64,000 bases of DNA from an uncultured bacterium. GTDB lineage: Bacteria; Poribacteria; WGA-4E; WGA-3G. Positions 57,432 to 64,000 of the stretch are shown one piece after another. Position 1 is the stretch's first letter, and each line of letters starts with the position of its first letter. The stretch is from NCBI GenBank assembly GCA_964593655.1, contig CAZQIP010000206.1, positions 16,963-80,962 of the forward strand. Reading direction: 5' to 3'. The notes beneath the pieces are model-generated. The model was not told the DNA's origin, searched no databases, and saw nothing but the letters and a program-made list of their open reading frames with translations. The translations under genes and the position numbers were made by a program.

Positions 57432-59222
57432 ATGAAATTTATGGCGCGCCATACATGGCATTACGATAATATCGCCAGCTGCTGGGAACCTGTTTTAGAA
57501 CGTCTAAAGACACTTGAAGTCCTCACGCAGCAAATCAATAAAGCCAAAAAGGAACAAGGGAGCGATCCGACCGAAATGCTCGAAAGGTTCTATGCACATC
57601 ATAATGAATTGATGGCGGCTACGCGGGCAAATTGGCAACATGCGCCGATGCCCTGTGATGAGACAATTTTAGATACCGCCTTCGTTGAAGCAGTCTGGCT
57701 GTCCCTTGAGCACTATCCATCTCTTGTGCATCATCCAGAGATTGAAAATATAGATACTGCCGGTTCTAAAATTTTCACCCTCTTTACGCCGGATGCTCCA
57801 GCAGCTTCGGACAAACGAGCGCACTTGAAAACGGCTCTTCAATATGCATTCAATTTGGATTCGGAAACAGTGGACAGTCTAACGCGTCAACTATCCACTC
57901 GAACGAGCCCGCTTCGCCATCGACATCAAATTATGCGGAGTTTAGAGACCCGTTTCAATTTGGTGTCTGATAACCGGAAACTACACGCAGATATTTTACA
58001 ACTTTTTCGGTCTTTATATCCGGACGCTCCGTTTGAAGTCGGTGAGGTAAAGTTTGTAAAAACCTCCTCTGCCCTCTATTTTTGTCTTCCGACTGAACCC
58101 ATAGAAGATCCTCAAGAACCTAAACGGAATGCGGCAAAGAATAAATCACAACATTCCAAAGCCCATTATGAGAGATTTCTCCGAAAAATTTGGGAGGTTG
58201 AACCGTTTGCCCACTTCCCAGTATTCGGAACCTTCAACGCAAAAGACTTAGATTTAGATTTCCGTCAGAAAATTTCTGCTGATACTGAACTGCCTTTGGC
58301 ATTGGTCACGTCAACTCTGACCCGTATGATCGGCGTTCTTCCTTTAGCAGAGCTTGATAAATATCTAATTCACGATACTTGGGGACATCAGTGGCAGGAA
58401 AGTCTACTCGATTTTGAGGAACCGTATACCGCATTAACGCTGTTTAAACGTCCGTTATCGCTAACAGAAACGGCATCGGTTTTCGGAAAACAGACTTCTT
58501 TCGCTGACACATTCATCAAAACTAAGGCGGGAACAATAGCACTTGATTCAGAAAAACTTCAGCAATTTATAGATGCGGAATTGTACGAACGGGCAATCAT
58601 CGCTTTTACGCCGATACTCGCAGAAATGTTAGCGGATGTGGTAGAATATAAGTTCTTAGAACTATACCCCGAACAAGAACATCTATTGCCGAGCTCCTCC
58701 TTACTCAAAGCGTTCCCGAGCAAACTGGATTTGACCCTCGCAGATTTACGTAATTGCTTTGTACACGCCTCCGAAGTTTTCCAAAACTGGGTCGCCTCTG
58801 AATTGACGCAACAGCAATTACATAAGGAAATTTGCAAGAAACTTGATATTCCTAATGATGCGACAAAACATAAAGAGCTGTGGCAAGTGCTCAGTGCTGC
58901 GGTCGAACTCTGCAAAACGCAGCTTCATTCCTTTTATCAACCCGAATGGGCTTGGAAACAAACCGAGGATGGTCATCTGAAACTAAACGCGTTTAGTTCT
59001 GCGGCATTAAACTTTCTCCGAATTCACACTGCCTTTATTCAAACATACAAAGATTTGTCGAAAATTGAGGCACCGTGGGGGTTTAAGGACATCTTGGTAT
59101 TAGCGATGGGTACTTTTTTTGAAAGAGACCCACAGCAGAATATCTGGCAACTGGATAGTTTTTTAACAGAGGCGTTTCTCCCCCGCTGGCAAAAATTAGT
59201 CGCTGCCGGTTCAAGCAGTTAA
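57432..59222 (+). CDS. Hypothetical 596-aa protein, no recognised domain
   Basis: Long ORF 17 nt after the previous gene. The only motif noticed is LIHDTWGHQWQE (possible metal-binding His/Asp cluster). Confidence 0.5.
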   Translation: MKFMARHTWHYDNIASCWEPVLERLKTLEVLTQQINKAKKEQGSDPTEMLERFYAHHNELMAATRANWQHAPMPCDETILDTAFVEAVWLSLEHYPSLVHHPEIENIDTAGSKIFTLFTPDAPAASDKRAHLKTALQYAFNLDSETVDSLTRQLSTRTSPLRHRHQIMRSLETRFNLVSDNRKLHADILQLFRSLYPDAPFEVGEVKFVKTSSALYFCLPTEPIEDPQEPKRNAAKNKSQHSKAHYERFLRKIWEVEPFAHFPVFGTFNAKDLDLDFRQKISADTELPLALVTSTLTRMIGVLPLAELDKYLIHDTWGHQWQESLLDFEEPYTALTLFKRPLSLTETASVFGKQTSFADTFIKTKAGTIALDSEKLQQFIDAELYERAIIAFTPILAEMLADVVEYKFLELYPEQEHLLPSSSLLKAFPSKLDLTLADLRNCFVHASEVFQNWVASELTQQQLHKEICKKLDIPNDATKHKELWQVLSAAVELCKTQLHSFYQPEWAWKQTEDGHLKLNAFSSAALNFLRIHTAFIQTYKDLSKIEAPWGFKDILVLAMGTFFERDPQQNIWQLDSFLTEAFLPRWQKLVAAGSSS

Positions 59223-59244
59223 AAGAAACAATTGAGAATTGCCT

Positions 59245-60474
59245 CTACAGATATGAGTGCAATTTTTCGCGAAGGCGTTCATAAGCGAGATTCGCGCCAG
59301 CGATGTTACCAGAAGCCGGTCCTATTTGGAGCTGTGCTACGGTACCAGAACAAAATAGATTCTGGATTGGGTGGAGTTGTAAATCGTCATCAAGGTGTGG
59401 TAAACCTCGGACGAGTCGGATCTGGTGTTCTGTGATTAATTCCTTTAGAAAACCGTAGCGACGCAGATTGAATTGATACCCTGTCGCCAAGATGACGCGA
59501 AAGACTCCCCGAATGACCCCCTGCGTTGTTTCAACCTGTAAGTGCTGTGCTTGCCCCTTCCTATCCACCGAGACGATGTTACGGATACAGGTTTCAGGAT
59601 ATAGATCAATATTTGGAGCATCTATCAACGCCTCCATAATATCCGGCGTAATACTGCCTTCCCCCGTGTTCTGCTGAATTATCTCGTAACGCCGCTGAAA
59701 ATGAAGAAACTCACTTGTAAATTCGGCGAGAGCCTTCGGACCTAGCCACACCGGTGGAAAATCAAACTGCTCTGTCCTCAACCGCTTTCGGGCAATCAGT
59801 GCCACACTATGTCCGCGTTCACTGAGGCTTTTGGCGAGTGTCCCCGCTGTTAATCCACCGCCAACAATGACAATTCTTGCTGGTGGAGTTTCCTCCACTG
59901 CTAACACAGAAAATTGGGAGGCGTGTATAACCTTGTCAGGGAACTGGCGTTGCCATTGTATGAACACCGGTGGTACGTAGATGCAATCGTCAGTACCGAT
60001 AGCAAGGACGACACAACGACTCCGAAACCCTTCCTTGTCCGTTGAGATGAGTCGGAACGGAAACCGCCCATCCCCTTTGTCCCACCGTAATTTTGCCACC
60101 TCAAATTGGTAGTAGACTTGATGTTGCGTTAGCTCAGCAAGCGCAGCGTTGCAGAAATCCCAAAAGAGTTGGGTGGAAGGTTGTGAGTATGGAGGTGCTA
60201 ACTCACTCGTTCGGTTGTGGCGTTCTGCGTATTCAACGATCCCGAGTGCATCGGGGGAAATGTGGTGAACAGCGGGGGAACGGAGAAATGTCATGCCTTG
60301 GCGTTTTGTCTTGTCTCGCCATTGCGTGAGAGGCTGCGGATGCCGATCGACAATAGCGAGCTGTTTTGCGGCTGTCGGCATTTCGCGGAGCAGTCGCAGT
60401 GCGATAGACACGCCGTGTATTCCGCCGCCGACAATGGTAATGGGGTTATTTCGGTGTGCAAGGGTTTTCATCAC
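59245..60474 (-). CDS. FAD/NAD(P)-binding oxidoreductase (two dinucleotide-binding motifs; N-hydroxylating-monooxygenase-like)
   Basis: 409 aa. ITIVGGGIHGVSIALRL and RIVIVGGGLTAGTLA GxGxxG motifs. Confidence 0.65.
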   Translation of the reverse strand: MMKTLAHRNNPITIVGGGIHGVSIALRLLREMPTAAKQLAIVDRHPQPLTQWRDKTKRQGMTFLRSPAVHHISPDALGIVEYAERHNRTSELAPPYSQPSTQLFWDFCNAALAELTQHQVYYQFEVAKLRWDKGDGRFPFRLISTDKEGFRSRCVVLAIGTDDCIYVPPVFIQWQRQFPDKVIHASQFSVLAVEETPPARIVIVGGGLTAGTLAKSLSERGHSVALIARKRLRTEQFDFPPVWLGPKALAEFTSEFLHFQRRYEIIQQNTGEGSITPDIMEALIDAPNIDLYPETCIRNIVSVDRKGQAQHLQVETTQGVIRGVFRVILATGYQFNLRRYGFLKELITEHQIRLVRGLPHLDDDLQLHPIQNLFCSGTVAQLQIGPASGNIAGANLAYERLREKLHSYL

Positions 60475-60482
60475 TCTTTAGG

Positions 60483-60550
60483 GTGGAAGACTGGAAGGAT
60501 GGGAAAAGAGTCTTCCGTCAATCTTCCAGGCTTCCAATCTTCCAATCTTT
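60483..60550. repeat. Intergenic palindromic element, family A variant with GGAAG/CTTCC units
   Basis: GTGGAAGACTGGAAGGATGGGAAAAGAGTCTTCCGTCAATCTTCCAGGCTTCCAATCTTCCAATC. Confidence 0.65.
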
Positions 60551-60561
60551 TTCTTCTCATT

Positions 60562-61392
60562 TTAATCCGTATTCGGTCCGGGTAGATGAAAATTTTTAAG
60601 AGCGAAGGTCTCTGAAAACAATTCCTCGGTTGCGCGGTAACGGCTGTATCTATATTGAACGACACCGATGGATGGTGCGACCCAATAAATTGCGGGTGGA
60701 CTAATCAAGAAACTTGACGGCTCTGGACTATCCCCGTAGACCGCCTCCTCGTGGACAACATAAGTCATGTAAGTGCCTGCGGGGACGGTGACCTGCACAT
60801 CTTTCTCAGCAACATAACGCGTGACTTCGACGGGTATACCAGCGGTTTTTTCAAAAACGACCCACTTCTTTCCGACCTTCAATGGAAAATCCCAGAGGCG
60901 GCGTGGTGGAAAATGTTTGTAGTGCTCTATTGTAATCCGATCAGGTGGGTCAGGTAGGAAAATGTCGAACGCGGATTCCACTAATGCTTGCGGTGTCTTG
61001 TAAAAATAGGTCGCAAAAATTGGAAACGGGAATACATCCACAAATTCGGTGTCTAACCGTAAATAAAAGGCATTTGCGACCAAGTGATCAACAGCCAGCC
61101 AGTTGAATTGGTCGGGATCACTGGGACTGATTTCACTGACAGTCATCTGCCGATGTGTCGTTCCACCAACATCGCGTGTGCCTTCAACCCGGAGCGTGAA
61201 TGCCTCGTCAGTGTCAACATTGATATAGGTCCACGCGGACCCTGTATCCGTTGGGAAGTCGATAGCGTGTAAACGTCCAGTTGTATTAGGAGACGATAGT
61301 GAAGTTTCGCCGTGCGGGTCAATTAATCCCTCATCTCCACAACTACAGAGGCATAATAATAGAAATAAAATGGTCAACTTATAACTGTTCAT
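60562..61392 (-). CDS. Hypothetical lipoprotein
   Basis: Internal start ATG at 61392-61390 gives MNSYKLTILFLLLCLCSCGD (lipobox). The start overlaps the stop of the upstream metalloprotease gene by 1 nt (TAATG). Confidence 0.5.
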   Translation of the reverse strand: MNSYKLTILFLLLCLCSCGDEGLIDPHGETSLSSPNTTGRLHAIDFPTDTGSAWTYINVDTDEAFTLRVEGTRDVGGTTHRQMTVSEISPSDPDQFNWLAVDHLVANAFYLRLDTEFVDVFPFPIFATYFYKTPQALVESAFDIFLPDPPDRITIEHYKHFPPRRLWDFPLKVGKKWVVFEKTAGIPVEVTRYVAEKDVQVTVPAGTYMTYVVHEEAVYGDSPEPSSFLISPPAIYWVAPSIGVVQYRYSRYRATEELFSETFALKNFHLPGPNTD

Positions 61393-63998
61393 TATTTCAC
61401 CACACAGAATTTTCCGGTACTTTGGAAGCCATTTCCATCGGTTGCTCGGAAGAAGTACAGTCCGGTACAGACCATTTCGCCGCGTGCGTTTGTGCAATCC
61501 CATTCGGAGGCATTGTCAAGTACCTTAATCAAGTTCCCGAAAGCGTCGTAGATTTCAACGGTTAAGCCCTTCGGATAGAATGATAAGTGCTTGCCTTGTC
61601 CCGCGTAAAGTGGGTTAGGTGCGACCGCGACATTTCGATTCGCACCGCTCGCGACATAGTTGAAGGTTTGTCCCTGCCAGATTCGGGTGCCTGTTACGCC
61701 AGCTGGGGTCTGTCCGCGAATCTTATAGAGATAGAGACCTGTCGGCGGAAACCCGTTAGTGCGGAGTGTTCCGATCCATTTTGTTTCGGTTTCCTGCGTT
61801 AAAAAGACGGTATAACTATCTTTATTAGGACTTTCCACTGTTAGGTGTGGCGCGCTTTGTAAGGGTAGTGTGCTTTGCACTTCAATTTGCCATGCCCCCG
61901 TGCCGTGCGGTTGTGTCTGAACAAAAAAAGCAGGCGCATTACTCGGCGTATCAAACCTTGGGACAATGCCGTTTGGTGCGATGCTTGGTGTGCCCATAAT
62001 CCCCATCGCGTTAACAGGCACAACAGCATAATAATAATGGGTGTTAACTGGATCAAAGAATATGCTATTAACATTAACATCCTGAAAAACAGCCGTGTCT
62101 TCAAACCGAGTTTGCGTGATGTTCACACGTCCGACGATCTCTATATCGTCTTCAGGGATGCCGTTGTCATCTCGGTCAGCGGCAGCGAGGACTTCATCGG
62201 GGTTTGCAAAAGGTTGTGGCACATCTGTCTCACTTTGCAGGATATAGCGTTTCCTCACGATTGCCACGTCCCGTATGTCAGTCGCGTTATCAACATTCCA
62301 CGTCACAATGGGGCCATTACTGCCCTGCGTGACCTGTACATTGGAAAGCATGCCTGTCGGTGGCGCGCCTGCTGTATAACTGATGCCCCCGCCGAAAGTC
62401 CCACCGGGTATGATCACCTGTTCAACATCAGGATGCATATTGATAAGAATAAGCACAATCTCCTGAATATCTCCGCCGAAATCTTTGAAAGTCATCTGTG
62501 CCTCTTGGGAACGTTGATAGGTGAACGCCTCTTTGATTTCAGTGGTCCCGTCTCTTTTTCTAACGATAAACTTGGCAGCCCATCCGCGCAACCCCGTAAA
62601 TGTGTGTCGGTTCAATTCCGCCTGAATTCTTGTTCGGTCAGTTTGTGTTAGATTGCTCATATCTATAGGGGCAAGGTCTGCGCCATCAATTTTGATTGCG
62701 AATTCTGGCATAATACCCGTAGGTTTGAAGACAATATACCTTGACGAGAAATGTTCAGGCATGGCCTCCGAATTGAAATCGGTGTGAATTGGATAACTGG
62801 TGTGGACATCGTTTGGATGAATAGCGACTGGCGGAAAACGATGTGCGAATTTATATCCGGGCATGTCGGTTGCCGTATTGGCGCGGTTGTGTGTAAAATA
62901 ATTCCATACGGTGAAGGTCTTGAACGCTTCAGCGAGAGTGGTGCCGTTGTCGGTAAAAACATCGTAGAAGTTTCCCATCTCGCGATAACTCCCATCGGTG
63001 GTATTGCGATAAAACTGTCGGATAATATCGTACCCGAATCGTTCCGCCATATATAATGCCCAGATAACGGAACCGTACTCGTGGTCGCCGATGCGACTCT
63101 CAAGTGAGATATCGGGAATGAGAAACCAGCGGCGGAGTTGATGGATGTAATAGTTATAAGAATCGGTTTCGTTGGGTTCATCAGGATCGGGGAGCGTATC
63201 ACCATCGTCAATGCGTCCGCCATCGTAGGTCATGACTTCTATCCAAGTAGCGGATGCTTCCATGAACCATGTCGGCATATAGGCGTTGTAGCCGAACTGG
63301 ACTCCGTGCAGGAATTCGTGGGTACAGGTTGTTTCAAGATAGCGGATGCCTTCGGCTTTACCGACGTAATCGTAGATACGGGAGTTGATCATGAAGTAGG
63401 GGGCGACGGTCAGCGCGGTAGATAAGACGCGCCCTTCAAACCAATCCGCGGTAGTGATACCGAGTGCGGGAAAGGTAAAGAGATAGACATCATATTTATG
63501 ATTGCCGCCGTTCTGTGCTGCCCAGAAATCAATATAGGGGATCTTAAAGCCCATCAGATCGATTTGAACGTGATAGGCGCGTTCCATTGCATCGGCGCAG
63601 AGGTCTATATAATCAGGCACACCGTTACGTGGGTGAAAATCTTCAAGCGGTGGTGCGTGCGGTCCGACACGCGTGTAATGGAGTCTGAAGTGCGGTGTGT
63701 TAAACTTTTCAGGTAATTCTATCTCGCCGAAGAAGCTGCCGGGGAGTCCGGGTCGTAGGAAAATCGGCTTGAGTTCTTGCCGATACATGGCGGGTAAGTT
63801 GTGCCAATTCTTTGCCAGCGTGACAAAACTATCGGTTACGCATTCGGTTATTTCGCTTTGGGTGTATCGTGGTTTAAGATTAGTGAATTTCCGAGCGGTT
63901 TGGATTGCGCTCTGGAGTTCAGCGTCCGGTGGCAGCGCGTGTGCAATAGATAAACATGTTATAGACAGCGCGATCGTGAGAATCAATGATAATTTCAT
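61392..63998 (-). CDS. Secreted zinc metalloprotease-like protein (HExxH) with T9SS-type C-terminal sorting domain
   Basis: 868 aa. Signal MKLSLILTIALSITCLSIAHA, HEFLHGVQF zinc motif, C-terminus GLYFFRATDGNGFQSTGKFCVVK. Confidence 0.7.
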   Translation of the reverse strand: MKLSLILTIALSITCLSIAHALPPDAELQSAIQTARKFTNLKPRYTQSEITECVTDSFVTLAKNWHNLPAMYRQELKPIFLRPGLPGSFFGEIELPEKFNTPHFRLHYTRVGPHAPPLEDFHPRNGVPDYIDLCADAMERAYHVQIDLMGFKIPYIDFWAAQNGGNHKYDVYLFTFPALGITTADWFEGRVLSTALTVAPYFMINSRIYDYVGKAEGIRYLETTCTHEFLHGVQFGYNAYMPTWFMEASATWIEVMTYDGGRIDDGDTLPDPDEPNETDSYNYYIHQLRRWFLIPDISLESRIGDHEYGSVIWALYMAERFGYDIIRQFYRNTTDGSYREMGNFYDVFTDNGTTLAEAFKTFTVWNYFTHNRANTATDMPGYKFAHRFPPVAIHPNDVHTSYPIHTDFNSEAMPEHFSSRYIVFKPTGIMPEFAIKIDGADLAPIDMSNLTQTDRTRIQAELNRHTFTGLRGWAAKFIVRKRDGTTEIKEAFTYQRSQEAQMTFKDFGGDIQEIVLILINMHPDVEQVIIPGGTFGGGISYTAGAPPTGMLSNVQVTQGSNGPIVTWNVDNATDIRDVAIVRKRYILQSETDVPQPFANPDEVLAAADRDDNGIPEDDIEIVGRVNITQTRFEDTAVFQDVNVNSIFFDPVNTHYYYAVVPVNAMGIMGTPSIAPNGIVPRFDTPSNAPAFFVQTQPHGTGAWQIEVQSTLPLQSAPHLTVESPNKDSYTVFLTQETETKWIGTLRTNGFPPTGLYLYKIRGQTPAGVTGTRIWQGQTFNYVASGANRNVAVAPNPLYAGQGKHLSFYPKGLTVEIYDAFGNLIKVLDNASEWDCTNARGEMVCTGLYFFRATDGNGFQSTGKFCVVK

Positions 63999-64000
63999 AC

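Noticed and set aside
60471-60665. 64-aa minus-strand ORF and 122-aa plus-strand ORF (60217..60585) across the GGAAG/CTTCC repeat element
   Set aside because: Their sequences derive from the palindromic repeat and from the antisense strand of the FAD oxidoreductase and lipoprotein genes. They are not credible genes.

Overview
64-kb chromosomal segment from a bacterium with a PVC/Planctomycetes-like gene repertoire (possibly a Poribacteria-like candidate phylum; this is inference only). I count about 46 protein-coding genes and see no rRNA, tRNA, CRISPR array, transposase or integrase. Content: four complete and one partial sulfatase, a DUF1501 plus DUF1549/DUF1553 pair, and three WD40 proteins, two of which are tandem secreted paralogs with dockerin-like repeats and a T9SS/FlgD-Ig-like C-terminal domain. 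There is also a 1363-aa multi-propeller Ycf48/BNR-like lipoprotein, housekeeping genes (tgt, lysA, purB), two toxin-antitoxin loci (one decayed) and two DNA methyltransferases. Main observations: (i) Two minus-strand genes are each interrupted by one in-frame TGA that falls on the first Cys position of a CxxC-type motif (HMA domain GMT-U-GAC; thioredoxin fold C-U-GSG). Each TGA is followed 20-25 nt downstream by a hairpin with a G-rich apical loop, so both are candidate selenoproteins missed by plain ORF calling. (ii) An accessory island carries a T5orf172 (GIY-YIG-like) protein, a membrane-anchored VWA protein and an SNF2 helicase with a SWIM finger, plus a convergent Dam methylase, next to a decayed TA locus. 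This is a candidate uncharacterised defence-type system. (iii) A co-directional envelope module runs DUF4159 / SBP-OmpA fusion / VWA / SBP-OmpA fusion / coiled-coil protein / 596-aa orphan. (iv) A family of intergenic palindromic elements is built from tandem 6-7-nt units, and a 42-nt palindrome sits in-frame twice inside one CDS with compensatory base changes. All functional calls come from motifs read by eye in the translations; no database search was possible.
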